From the NCBI RefSeq assembly GCF_018350175.1, contig NC_058368.1, positions 89,158,001-89,222,000 on the forward strand: a DNA stretch of 64,000 bases, read 5' to 3'. This DNA is from Felis catus (lineage: Eukaryota). Under the pieces are notes generated by a model that saw nothing but the letters and a program-made list of their open reading frames with translations, searched no databases and was not told the DNA's origin. Positions 38,902 to 52,700 of the stretch are shown here, piece after piece (within the stretch, counting starts at the first letter, position 1; each line of letters begins with the position of its first letter). Both the position numbers and the translations under genes were made by a program.

Positions 38902-39760
38902 TGTAAGGATAAATGCAAACTAAAAATTAGGAGCACCTGGGTGGCTCAATCAGTTATGCTCCCAACTCTTGATTTTGGCTCAAGTCATGATCTACTGTTT
39001 GTGGGATTGAGCCTCGCGTTGGGGGCTCTGCGCTGACACTGAAGAGCCTGCTTAGGATTCTTATTATGCCCCATCTCCCCATTAAAAGAAACAAGTAAAT
39101 AAACATTTATAAAAAAATAAAAGAAGTGATTACCCCCTCTTAGAGCATTTACTTTAGAAAACTTCTCATTGTAACCTCCTTGTTTCTGCCTTTTATTTAA
39201 AACTTTTAAAAACTAAGTAAGCTTCTTGCCAGCTTTCTGATCCAGGAATGTCTTTCTCAAGGACCTAGAATCCATCTCTTTGAAATGTAATCATCAAGGA
39301 AGGTAGTGCCCCTATCTCCCAGGCTCTGTGGGAGAGTAGGACCCTAATTCAACAGGCACCATGCTCTAAGTGGCAAAACCACCTCTTGTCATAAAGTGTG
39401 AGAAGTTTATTTTTCCTTTGGATAAAGCCAATTAACTAACACAGATTGCAACCCCCTTTACCAGGTGAATCTAAGATGAGCTACGTGTCACAAATGGTAC
39501 TGTCAAATCCTCTTACTTGAAGACCAGTTCTTGTTTATCTCAAAAGCATATTTGTAATGGGGTGTTACTGCCTGTCTATAAAAGGGTGATATTTCTTCTG
39601 TTTTGCATTCTCTCAGCAGATTACCTCAGTAATGGGCATCACATTCTGGTTTAATGCTTGTTCAAAAATAAAAATGTTTTCTATGTTGGATGAAGATTTT
39701 CATTTTATTTGTTTGTTTCCTTATTTATTTATGCGATTTACTTATTGTGTTTATCCAATA
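38902..39760 (+). mobile_element. ERV1-class solo LTR (MER34/MER39-like) interrupted by an older CAN-SINE at ~38930-39120
   Basis: TGTAAGG start, agagcatttactttagaaaact and ccaggaatgtctttctcaaggacct motifs, internal TATAAAA and AATAAA, CAGG on both flanks. Confidence 0.65.
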
Positions 39761-41362
39761 CAGGTACTGAAACAGAGCTAAATATTGATGTCAAATGTAT
39801 CATGAGAATCTCATGATGCCTCTCTGGACATATCCACCACTCTCTTCCTTGGAAAGGAGAGAAGAGACTGGAATATGCCTATCTCCCGGTTGTGCACCAG
39901 TCACTTCACATAGTGCCAAACCTAGGTTAGGTACTAAGCTAATTAGAACCACTGAATATTCTAAGACACTCTCACTGAATTTACTAAGGAAGGAACAGCC
40001 AGTGCTCACTCCAGAAGTGGTGGAACTCCAGGGGATATCCTTTTTTAAAACTTATTTATTAAGTAAAGATGCCTTGATACCACCCCTGGGTCTCTGGGTC
40101 ACTGAGTATGAAAAATGTCCCTTACATGTGGATTTTTAAAAGCCCTCCAGGTGATTATGATGGGGAAATAGGTTTACATGCACTGAAATAGGGCCATCTG
40201 TGTGCATAACTCTGGCTTTATTTTGGAAGTGGTGAGAAAGCTGTCTAGAGTCAGATCATGGCGGTAGATAGGAAAGTCATAAGACATAGCAAGTTACAGA
40301 GACATTCCAGTAAACGGAGCCAGAACACAGCTCAGGGATGTAGATTCCAAGATCAGCACAGGCAGGAATGGAACACAGCCACAGTCACCAGAGTGGCATG
40401 GAAACATGTGTGGGAAGGGTCAACAGGTCTGCCTGCTGACTGTGGAGCTCAGTCCAGAGACTAGAGAATGGATAAACAAGGACACAATTTTGCCCAGTTA
40501 AACTAGATTACCATCTATCTGGTCTCTGATGCCAACAACTTTTGTCACCTGACATCAAGGAGGTATCTGTGTCCAGTGTAAGTCTCTAGGCTGAAGACTG
40601 AAGTCAGAAGAACTTCTCCCACTTCTTGGTCACTTTTAGTATCTCATCTGTCAGGTCTTCCCTCACACCCTTCAGCACCCCCCAACCCCATTCAGTTCAC
40701 CACAGTTCACCTTCTGCTCCACCTTGTGAATCTCAGCTGAGATGTGCCAGACCCAAGAACCATGCAAATATCTAATCCTTAGGGCAATGTGTGACCAAAT
40801 GGTGGCTTGGGAAAGGCTTTACACACACTTTCCTCCAAACCCTAAGGCCCCAAAATAAAAACTTATGGAACTAAACATCCAAGATGCTCTTCTGTTTCTC
40901 ATAAAACTGACAATGAGCTCATGTCCCAGGTTTATATCTCTAGTTGCATATCAGATGTTTCAGGACACCTAATCCAGCTCATAATGAGCTCAGGGAATAG
41001 ACAGAATCTCCACACTAAGGAAGAAGCCAAAGTTAATGAATTGACTTCAGGAAAAATTTCATTCCCCATAGCCATAACTCTGAAAAACACCCCAGATTGC
41101 ATCTAAACAAAGGAAGAAGGCACCTACGGGACATCCCCTGACATATTCACTCACACTTCTCTCAGAGGTCTTCACCCTTACCTCACCCATGGGTGCTGGA
41201 AGAGAACATGATCATCACCGAGGGTCAGAGTGAATACCTAAACCTACAATCTGGGAGTTTTGTCATGCATGACAGGAGCCTGGTCAGTTATTCTGCAAAA
41301 CTTGTACTCAGTTGATGTTCTATTTTATTTGATTGGTTATTCAACAAATACTTACTGAGCAC

Positions 41363-41890
41363 TGTGGACATAAATGAAGACCAGCCAAATGAGAAAAGAA
41401 AAGGCTATTTATTCAGAGCTTTCATATCAAGGCAGTCAGCCACTTCCACTTGTATTTTGGCAGAGACTCAAAGGTAGAGGAGTGATTAAACTTTAGAGTG
41501 GAAAAAAAGAGAAGCTTCAGGTTTGCTCCAACTGGGAATTGTTGGCATAGGAAAGAAGGAGATAGGTTAACTAAAAGCAGGGTGGTTAGGGACATGTTGG
41601 GATTTCTCTGGTTTGTCTTAAGTTGGAAGTGGAGAATTAGGGAAGCTGGAAGTTATTAACCAAAAATATTAATTTGAGTACTATTGTTACAGAAATTACC
41701 GTTTATCTTCCTAGATTTTACTAAAGTTAGAAGTCCGATTTCTTCCAAGTTGGACTTATGGCAGGCTTACTTCCTAGGCTGTTTATTATAGATAAGGGGG
41801 TTGATTCGGGACAAATTGCTATAGTTTGTGGGTCAGAGTTCTATTTTTGTGCCATGATCCAGCCATTGTTGGTTTGTATGTTGTATCACA
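41363..41890 (-). mobile_element. ERV solo LTR (family uncertain)
   Basis: TG...CA termini, TTTATT (reverse poly(A) signal) near 41407, and gca(c/a) on both flanks. Confidence 0.55.
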
Positions 41891-42700
41891 GCAATGTGAT
41901 GACTTATACCTGGAAGTAGGAACCTGGAATCTGCATTATTGAGGAATATCTACCAGGTGGTTATTTCTCCCTGAAAAAGCTTGAGAAGCATTGAGAAGAG
42001 GATGGGATGACACTGCCTAATATCTCAATTAAGGCTATGTTAGAGGGGTTCCCATGGCTATCTCACAATTCTCATCTATGTCAGCTGAGAGAGGAATCAA
42101 AGGAAAGGGCTGAGAACTCATGCATAAGATGGATCTCCCTGATGTGCTATAATGGCTTCTCAACTACCTTGCTCTGCTCTGAGGTCTCACATTAGGATAG
42201 GGTTGTGTTGCTTATTTGATGTTCATTCCTACTTCCAGTGGATGATGCTCCAGCTCAGAAGAGGTTGCCTCGTTTAACATCAAGTTCATCTGATGGATCA
42301 ACTCATAGGTGAAATCTAAAACAAAGAAGATGGGGAGGAATTCCAGGCTCACCTGCAGTAGGACTAGACATCTGTGGCCTTTCAATGTACTTTGGGGAAA
42401 TTGACAACATTCTATTAAGGATGAGTTTTGCAGCATTCACCAATTTTCTCTTTCCTTCTCAACCTTGTTATCACTTGTATATCCCAAGAAAGTGTTCAGA
42501 TTCATGTAATATAATGCATCTCTCTGTGCTTTTCTCTCCTTTGGCTGTGAAAAAGGCCTCCGTCTTTTCAAAATTATTTTTTTCTTCATTTTTAGTTTTT
42601 CTCATCTTTCTACTTTTCTGCCCCAATTCTTTTAATATCTACTAGGTTATTAAGATCAGTAGAAGAGAAAATAGTCCTTCACATGTTAACCATAACCATT

Positions 42701-43126
42701 TGTCTTATGTTGGCATACCTGGGACTAGGAATCTAGGCAAGTATTGTATTTGGAAGATGACCACAGAAAGTAAGTAGAGAAAAGTGGAATGGAAAGGGCC
42801 AACACAGGGTCACAAATATGGATGAGTGGGGTTAAGCCCTGTCATGACTTCAGGGAGTGTGCAATACATTCTTGCAAGTTGTTCACAGAACCCAACTCAA
42901 AGGGCAAGGAAGCTAGGTCATTTTTCCACCGTCCTATGAATGGGCTGTAGGCTGCTCTCAGGGGTATGAATTCCTCAGCACCACTGGTCTCCCCTGCAGG
43001 TGGCTAACCCTACACCCCATCCAGAGAAGACACAGGCAGAGTGGCAGAGTGTTTGCAAGATTTGCTGTTGTGCAATGGTACCTTGAATGCCTAGAGACTA
43101 TGGATGGGGTACTGAGAACATCTACA
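42701..43126 (-). mobile_element. MLT1-like MaLR LTR remnant
   Basis: Ends ggatggggtactgagaacatctaca, resembling the reverse of a recalled MLT1I/J start. Confidence 0.45.
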
Positions 43127-43134
43127 TTTCTGGA

Positions 43135-46100
43135 CTTATTTTTAAAAGTTTTAAAATTTCCAGCTAGCTACCATAGTGTGTAATATTATTTTCAGGTGTA
43201 CAATATAGTGATTAAAAACTTTTACACAACACCCAGTGTGCATCACAAGTGTGCTCCTTACTCCTCATCCCATATGTAACCCATTCCCCCAACCACTTCC
43301 CTTCTGATAACCATCGGTTTGTTCTCTATAGTTAAGAGTCCACTTCCTGGTTTGCCTCTCTCCCTCTTTTTTTCCTATGATTGTTTTGTTTCTTAAATTC
43401 CACATATGCGTGAAATCATATGGTATCTGTCTTTCTCTGACTGACTTATTTTCTTTGCATGATACTCTCTAGCTCCATCCATGTTGTTGTAAATGGCAAG
43501 ATTTCAATCTTCTTTATGGCTGAGTACTTCTTTATCCATGAATCAATTTTATGGACACTTGAGTTGTTTCCATAATTTGGCTACTGTAAATGTTACTGCT
43601 ATAAATTTTGAAGTGCACAGGTTCCTTTCAATTACTGTTTTTGTATTCTTTAGATGAAAACCTAGAAGTGCAATTGCTGGATTATAGGGTAGTTCTATTT
43701 TTAACTTTTTGAGAACCTCCATACTGTTTTCCAGAGTGGCTGCACCAGTTTGCATTCTGACCAACAGTGCAAGAGGGTTCCCCTTTCTCTACATCCTCAC
43801 CAAAACCTTTTGATTCTTGTGTTATTTATTTTAGCCATTCTGATAGGTTTGAGGTGATATCTCATTACAGTTTTGATTTGCATTTCCCTGATGATGAATG
43901 ATGTTGAAATTTTCATGCCTCTGTTGACCATCTGTATGTCTTCTATGGAAAAAATGTCTATTCACATATTATGCCCATTTTATACGATTATTTGTTTTTT
44001 GGGGTGCTGAGTTTTATAACTATTTTATATATTTTGGATATTATCAGATCCATTTGTAAATATCTTCCCCCATTCTATAGGCTGCTTTTTAGTTTTCTTG
44101 TTTCCTTTTCTGTACAGAAACTTGTATTTTGATGTAGTCCCAGTAGTTTATTTTTGATCTGGTTTTTCTTACCTCAGGAGACATCTAGTAAGAAGTTGCT
44201 ATGGCCAATATCAAAGAGGTTACTACATGTGTTCTTCTAGGATTTTAATATTTTCCTATCTCACATATAGGTATTTAATCCATTTTAAATTTATTTTTGT
44301 GTATGGTATAAGAAAGTGGTCCACATTCATTCTTTTGCATGTTGCTGTCCAGTTTCCCCAACACCATTTGTTGAAGGTACTTTTTCCCCCCCACTGGATA
44401 TTCTTTGCTGCTTGGTTGAAGATTAATTGATCATACAGTTTTGGGTTCCCTTCTGGCTTTTATATTCTGTTCCATTGTCTATTTTTGATCCAAGGCCATG
44501 CTGTTTTGCTTACTACAGCTTTATAGTATAAATTGAAGTCTGGAATTGTGACGCCTCCAGTTTTCCTTTTGTTTCTCAAGATTACTTTGGCTATTTGGGG
44601 TCTTTTGTGGTTCCATACAAATTTTAGGATTGTTTGTTCTAGGTCTGTGAAAAATGCTGGTGGTATTTTGATAGCGATTGCCTTAAATGTGTGGATTGTT
44701 TTGGGTAGTATGGACAGTTTAACCATATTTGTTCTTCTAATCCATGAGCATGAAACATCTCCATTTCTTTGTGTCAGCTTCAATTTCTTTCATTAGTGTT
44801 TTATACACTAATGAATACAGGCCTTTCATCTCTTTGATTAGGTTTATTCCTAGGTATCTTATGGTTTTTGGTAAAGCTGTATATGGGATAGATTCCTTGA
44901 TTTCTCTTTAAGCTGCTTAATTATTGATATATAGATGTGCAACAGATTTCTATACGTTGATTTGTATCCTGTGAATTTACTGAATTTATGTATCAGTTCT
45001 AGCAGCTTTCCGTGGATTCTTTAAGGTTTTCCATATACAGTATCATGTCATCTGCAAATAGTGAAAGTTTTACTTCTTCCTTACCAAAGTGCATGCCTTT
45101 TATTTCTTTTAGTTGTCTGGTTTTTGTGACTAGGACTTCCAGTACTATGTTGAGTAATTACGGAGATTGTGGATATCCCTGTTTTCTTTGTGGCAATAGA
45201 GGAAAGGCTGTAAGTTTCTTCCCCAGTGAGGATGATACTGGCTGTGGGTTTTCAAAGATGGACTTTGGTTTATTTTATTTTATTTTTTATTTTTTTTTCC
45301 TTTTTTTAATATATGAAATTTATTGTCAAATTGGTTTCCATACAACACCCAGTGCTCATCCCAAAAGATGCCCTCCTCAATACCCATCACCACCCTCCCC
45401 TCCCTCCCACCCCCCATCAACCCTCAGTTTGTTCTCAGTTTTTAAGAGTCTCTTATGCTTTGGCTCTCTCCCACTCTAACCTCTTCTTTTTTTCCCTTCC
45501 CCTCCCCCATGGGTTCCTGTTAAGTTTCTCAGGATCCACATAAGAGTGAAACCATATGGTATCTGTTTTTCTCTGTATGGCTTATTTCACTTAGCATAAC
45601 ACTCTCCAGTTCCATCCACGTCGCTACAAAGGGCCATATTTCATTCTTTCTCATTGCCACGTAGTACTCCATTGTGTATATAAACCACAATTTCTTTATC
45701 CATTCATCAGTTGATGGACATTTAGGCTCTTTCCATAATTTGGCTATTGTTGAGAGTGCCGCTATAAACATCGGGGTACAATGCCCCTATGCATCAGTAC
45801 TCCTGTATCCCTTGGGTAAATTCCTAGCAGTGATACTGCTGGGTCATAGGGTAGGTCTATTTTTAATCTTTTGAGGAACCTCCACACTGTTTTCCAGAGA
45901 GGCTGCACCAGTTTGCATTTCCACCGACAGTGCAAGAGGGTTCCCATTTATCCACATCCTCTACAGCATCTATAGTCTCCTGATTTGTTCATTTTGGCCA
46001 CTCTGACTGGCGTGAGGTGATATCTGAGTGTGGTTTTGATTTGTATTTCCCTGACGAGGTGCGATATTGAGCATCTTTTCATGTGTCTGTTGGCCATCCG

Positions 46101-49100
46101 GATGTCTTCTTTAGAGAAGTGTCTATTCATGTTTTCTGCCCATTTCGTCACTGGGTTATTTGTTTTTTGGGTGGAGAGTTTGGTGAGCTCTTTATAGATT
46201 TTGGATACTAGCCCTTTGTCCGATATGTCATTTGCAAATATCTTTTCCCATTCCGTTGGTTGCCTTTTAGTTTTGTTGATTATTTCCTTTGCTGGGCAGA
46301 AAGCTTTCACTTTTTGCAGATGACATGATATTATACATGAAAAATCTGATAGACTCCACCAAAAGTCTGCTAGAACTGATACATGAATTCAGCAAAGTTG
46401 CAGGATACAAAATCAATGTACAGAAATCAGTTGCATTCTTATACACTAATAATGAAGCAAAAGAAAGACAAATAAAGAAACTGATCCCATTCACAGTTGC
46501 ACCAATAAGCATAAAATACCTAGGAATAAACCTAACCAAAGATGTAAAAGATTTGTATGCTGAAAACTATAGAAAGCTTATGAAGGAAATTGAAGAAGAT
46601 ATAAAAAAATGGAAAAATATTCCGTGCTCATGGGTTGGAAGAATAATTTGTCAAAAGGTCAATACTACTCAAAGCTATCTACACATTCAATACAACCCAA
46701 ATCAAAATTGCACCAGCATTCTTCTCGAAGCTAGAACAAACAATCCTAAAATTCATATGGAACCACAAAAGGGCCCGAATAGTCAAAGCAATTTTGAAGA
46801 AGACCAAAGCGGGAGGCATCACAATCCCAGACTTTAACCTCTACTACAAAGCTGTAATCATCAAGAGAGCATGGTATTGACACAAAAACAGACACATAGA
46901 CCAATGGAATAGAATAGAAACCCCAGAACTAGACCCACAAACGTATGGCCAACTCATCTTTGACAAAGCAGGAAAGAATATCCAATGGAAAAAAGACAGT
47001 CTCTTTTAAAAATGGTGCTGGGAGAACTGGACAGCAACATGCAGAAGGATGAAACTAGACCACTTTCTTACACCAATCACAAAAATAAACTCAAAATGGA
47101 TGAAGGACCTGAATATGAGACAGGAAACCATCAAAACCCTAGAGGAGAATACAGGAAAAGACCTCTCTGACCTCAGCCGTAGCAATTTCTTACTTTACAC
47201 ATCCCAAAAGGCAAAGGAATTAAAAGAAAAAATGAACTATTGGGACCTCATGAAGATAAAAAGCTTCTGCACAGCAAAAGAAACAATTAACAAAACTAAA
47301 AGGCAACCAACAGATTGGGAAAAGATGTTTGCAAATGACATATCGGACAAAGGTCTAGTATCCAAAATCTATAAAGAGCTCACCAAACTCCACACCCAAA
47401 AAACAAATAACCCAGTAACGAAATGGGCAGAAAACATGAATAGACACTTCTCTAAAGAAGACATCCGGATGGCCAACAGGCACATGAAAAGATGATCAAC
47501 ATCGCACCTCATCAGGGAAATACAAATCAAAACCACACTCAGATATCACCTCACGCCAGTCAGAGTGGCCAAAATGAACAAATCAGGAGACTATAGATGC
47601 TGTAGAGGATGTGGATAAACGGGAACCCTCTTGCACTGTTGGTGGGAATGCAAACTGGTGCAGCCTCTCTGGAAAACAGTGTGGAGGTTCCTCAAAAGAT
47701 TAAAAATAGACCTACCCTATGACCCTGCAGTATCACTGCTAGGAATTTACCCAAGGGATACAGGAGTACTGATGCATAGGGGCACTTGTACCCCGATGTT
47801 TATAGCGGCACTCTCAACAATAGCCAAATTATGGAAAGAGCCTAAATGTCCATCAACTGATGAATGGATAAAGAAATTGTGGTTTATATACACAATGGAG
47901 TACTACGTGGCAATGAGAAAGAATGAAATATGGCCCTTTGTAGCAACGTGGATGGAACTGGAGAGTGTTATGCTAAGTGAAATAAGCCATACAGAGAAAA
48001 ACAGATACCATATGGTTTCACTCTTATGTGGATCCTGAGAAACTTAACAGGAACCCATGGGGGAGGGGAAGGGAAAAAAGAAGAGGTTAGAGTGGGAGAG
48101 AGCCAAAGCATAAGACACTCTTAAAAACTGAGAACAAACTGAGGGTTGATGGGGGGTGGGAGGGAGGGGAGGGTGGGTGATGGGTATTGAGGAGGGCATC
48201 TTTTGGGATGAGCACTGGGTGTTATGGAAACCAATTTGACAAAAATTTCATATATTAAAAAAATTAAACTAAATTAAATAAAAAATGAAAGCTTAACTTC
48301 ATCTTTGCCAATTTTGATGCCTTTGATTTCCTTTTGTTGTCTGATTACTGATGCTAGAACTTCCAACAGTATGTTAAACAACAGTGGTGAGAGTAGACAT
48401 CCCTGTCGTGTTCCTGATCTCAGGGAGAAAGATCTCAGTTTTTCCCCTTTGAGGATGATGTTAGCTGTGGGCTTTTCATAAATGACCTTTATGATGTTTA
48501 AGTATGTTCTGTCTATCCCAACGTTCTCGAGGGTTTTTTATTAAGAAAGGATGCTGAATTTTGTCAAATGCTTTTTCTGCAATGATTGACATGATCATAT
48601 GGTTCTTCTCTTTTATTAATGTGATGTATCACGTTGATTGATTTGCAAATGTTGAACCAGCCCTGCATCCCAGGAATGAATCCCACTTGATCATGGTGAA
48701 TAATTCTTTTTATATGCTGTTGAGTTCGATTTGCTAGCATCTTATTGAGAATATTTGCATCCATATTCATCAGGGATATTGGCTTGTAGTTCTCTTTTTT
48801 TACTGGGTCTCTGTCTGGTTTAGGAATCAAAGTAATACTGGCTTCATAGAGTGAGTCTGGAAGTTTTCCTTCCCTTTCTATTTTTTTGGAATAGCTTGAG
48901 ATGGGTAGGTATTATCTCTGCTTTAAATGTCTGGTAGAATTCCCCAGGGAAGCCATCTACTTCTGGACTCTTATTTTTTGGGAGATTTTTGACGACTGAT
49001 TCAATTTCTTCGCAGGTTATGGGTCTGTTCAAGCTTTCTATTTCCTCCTGTTTGAGTTTTGGAAATGTTTGGAAATGTGTGGGTGTTGAGTTTGGAAATG

Positions 49101-52100
49101 TTTGGAAATGTGTGGGTGTTTAGGGTTGTCCAGTTTGTTGGCATATAATTTTTCATAGTATTCCCTGATAATTGCTTGTATTTCTGAGGGATTGGTTGTA
49201 ATAATTCCATTTTCATTCATGATTTTATCTATCTGGGTCCTCTCCCTCTTTTTTTTGAGAAGCCTGGCTAGAGGTTTATCATTTTGTTTATTTTTTTCAA
49301 AAAACCAACTCTTGGTTTCGTTGATCTGCTCTACAGTTTTTTTTTTTTTTTAGATTCTATATTGTTTATTTCTGCTCTGATCTTTATTATTTCTCTTCTT
49401 CTGCTGGGTTTGGGGTGTCTTTGCTGCTCTGCTTCTATTTCCTTTAGGTGTGCTGTTAGATTTTGTATTTGGGATTTTTCTTGTTTCTTGAGATAGACCT
49501 GGATTGCAATGTATTTTCCTCTCAGGACTGCCTTCACTGCATCCCAAAGTGTTTGGATTGTTGTATTTTCATTTTCGTTTGTTTCCATATATTTTTTAAT
49601 TTCTTCTCTAATTGCCTGGTTGACCCACTCATTCTTTAGTAGGGTGTCCTTTAACCTCCATGCTTTTGGAGGTTTTGCAGACTTTTTCCTGTGGTTGATT
49701 TCAAGCTTCATAGCATTGTGGTCTGAAAGTATGCATCGTATGATTTCCATTCTTGTATACTTATGAAGGGCTGTTTTGTGACCCAGTATGTGATCTATCT
49801 TGGAGAAGGTTCCATGTGCATTCGAGAGGAAAATATATTCTGTTGCTTTGGGATGCAGAGTTCTAAATATATCTGTCAAGTCCATCTGGTCCAATGTATC
49901 ATTCAGGGCCCTTGTTTCTTTATTGATCCTGTGTCTAGATGATCTATCCATTTCTGTAAGTGGGGTGTTAAAGTCCCCTGCATTTACCACATTGTTATCA
50001 GTAAGGTTGCTTATGTTTGTCAGTAATTGTTTTATATATTTGGGGGCTCCCATATTTGTCGCATAGACATTGGTAATTGTTAGCTCTTCCTGATGGATAG
50101 ACCCTGTAATTATTATATAATGCCCTTCTTCATCTCTTGTTACAGCCTTTAATTTAAAGTCTAGTTTGTCTGATATAAGTATGGCTACTCCAGCTCTCTT
50201 TTGACTTCCAGTAGCATGATAAATAATTCTACATCCCCTCACTTCCAATCTGAAGATGTCCTCAAGTCTAAAATGAGTCTCTTGTAGACAGCAAATAGAT
50301 GGGTCTTGTTATTTTATCCATTCTGATACCCTATGTCTTTTGGTTGGTGCATTTAATCCATTTACATTCAGTGTTATTATAGAAAGATATGGGTTTAGAG
50401 TCATTGTGATGTCCGTAGGTTTCATGCTTGTAGCGCTGTCTCTGGTACTTTGTCTCACAGGATCCCCCTTCGGATCTCTTGTAGGGATGGTTTAGTGGTG
50501 ATGAATTCCTTCAGTTTTTGTTTGTTTGGGAAGACCTTTATCTCTCCTTATATTCTAAATGACAGATTTGCTGGATAAAGGATTCTCAGCTGCATATTTT
50601 TTCTGTTCATCATATTGAAGATTTCCTGCCATTCCTTTCTGGCCTGCCAAGTTTCAGTAGAGAGATTGGTCACGAGTCTTATAGGTCTCCCTTTATATGT
50701 TAGAGCACGTTTATCCCTAGCTGCTTTCATAATTTTCTCTTTATCCTTGTATTTTGCCAGTTTCACTATGATATGTCATGCAGAAGATCGATTCAAGTTA
50801 CGTCTGAAGGGAGTTCTCTGTGCCTCTTGGATTTCAATGCCTTTTTCCTTCCCCAGATCAGGGAATTTCTCACCTATTATTTCTTCAAGTATACCTTCAG
50901 CACCTTTCCTTCTCTTTCTCCTTGGAATACCAATTATGCGTAGATTATTTCTCTTTAGTGCATCACTTAGTTCTCTAATTTTCCCCTCATACTCCTGGAT
51001 TTTTTTATCTCTCTTTTTCTCAGCTTCCTCTTTCCATAATTTTATCTTCTAGTTCACCTAATCTCTCCTCTGCTTCTTCAACCCAAGCTGTGGTCGCCTC
51101 CATTTTATTTTGCACCTCATTTATAGCATTTTTTTAGCTCATCCTGACTGTTTCTTAGTCCACAGTCAGAGTGGTGTGTAACTTATCTTCCCCTCTTCCA
51201 GGGGCAGGACCCACTGTGGAGTGATGTGTCCCCTGTCTGGGCTCCTTGCACACTGCCAGGCTTGTGGTGCTGCTTCAATGGGATCTGGTGTATTAGCGGG
51301 GGTGGGTCTGCAAGTTGCACAGAGGCTGGAGGGGCAGGCTTAGCTTGCTTTGCTGTGGGCAGTCCCCCTGTGGGAGGGGCTTTGCAGAACAGGGAGGGAG
51401 GCAGACCCATTGGAGGGATGGATCCACAGAAGCACAGCGTTGGGCCTTTGCCCGGTGCAAACAAGTTAGATAGTGATGGGAACTGGTTCCCTTTGGAATT
51501 TCAGTGGGGATGGGAGAGGGATATGGTGCTTGCCAGTGCCTTTGTTCCCCCAGGGAGCTGAGCTCTGTCTTCTGGGGCTCAACAACTCTCCCTCCCTGTG
51601 TCCTCTGGCCCTCATCACTCTGAGAGAGCAGAGCTGTTGACTTTTAACATTCTAGATGTTATGTCCTGCTGGCTGTCAGAACTCACGGAGTCTGGCCTCT
51701 CTGCTTTTGCAAGCTAGATGTCTGGGAGCTCTGCCTTGCCAGGAAGGCTGCCTCTCTGTCCCGGCTCCCTCCTACCAGTCCGTGTAGTGTGCACCGCCTC
51801 TCTGCCCTTCCTACCCTCTTCTGTGGGCTTCTTGTCTATGCTTGGCTCCAGAGAATCTGCTCTGCTAGTCTTCTGGTGGTTTTCTGGGTTATTTAGGCAG
51901 GTGTGGGTGGAATCTAAGTGATCAGCAGGATGCGGTGAGCCCAGCATCCTCCACGCCACCATATTCCTAGAGTCCAAGGATGGCCTTTGTTATGTTGAGG
52001 TATGTTCCGTATAAACCTACTTCGTTTTTTATCATGAATGGGTGTGGTATTTGGTCAAATTCTTTCCCTGGATTTTTTGAAATGGTCATATTGTTTTTAT

Positions 52101-52700
52101 TAATGTGATGTATCACATTGATTTGCAAAAATGAACCATCCTTGCAACACAGGAATAAATCCAACCTCATTGTAGTGAGTTATTTTTTTTAATGTATTGT
52201 TAGATTTGGTTCACTAGTATTTTATTGATAAATTTTCAGTTTGCTATTATTTTATGAGATATTGGCCCATAGTTCTCTTTTTTAGTGGATCTTTATCTGG
52301 TTTTTGGTATCAGAGTAATTCTGGCCTTGTAAAATGAATTTGGAAGTTTTGCTTCCTTTTTGATTTTTTGGAATGGTTTGAGAAGAAAGTATAAACTCTT
52401 CTTTAAAGGTTTCGTAGAATTTATCTGTGAAGCCATCTGATACTAAACGTTTTCTTTTTGGAAATTTTTAGATTACTTATTCAATTTCTTTGCTGGCTAT
52501 CAGTTGTTCAAGTTTTCTATTTTTTCCTGTTTCAATTGGGTAGTTTATATGTTTCTAGGGATCCATTTATTTCAGGTTGTCCAATTTGTTTACATATAGT
52601 TTTTCACAATATTCTCTTATAATTGTATTTTTATGTTTTGGTTGTTATTTCTCTTCTCTCATTTATGATTTTGTTCAGGTCTTTCCTCATTTCCTTCTTT
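43135..52700 (-). mobile_element. Older carnivore L1 (3' end plus ORF2), split by a younger L1
   Basis: 3' terminus at ~43150; ORF2 runs to ~45268 and resumes at ~51976 in register. Duplicated a(a/g)gatgg(a/c)ctttg at the two junctions. Confidence 0.85.
45270..51975 (-). mobile_element. Full-length felid L1 with an internal inversion and a duplicated 3' end
   Basis: 5' UTR ~51170-51970, ORF1, ORF2 endonuclease (ORF 49331-50248) to 48286 on -; RT to poly(A) on + at 46301-48285; second 3' end on - at 45270-46306. Confidence 0.9.
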
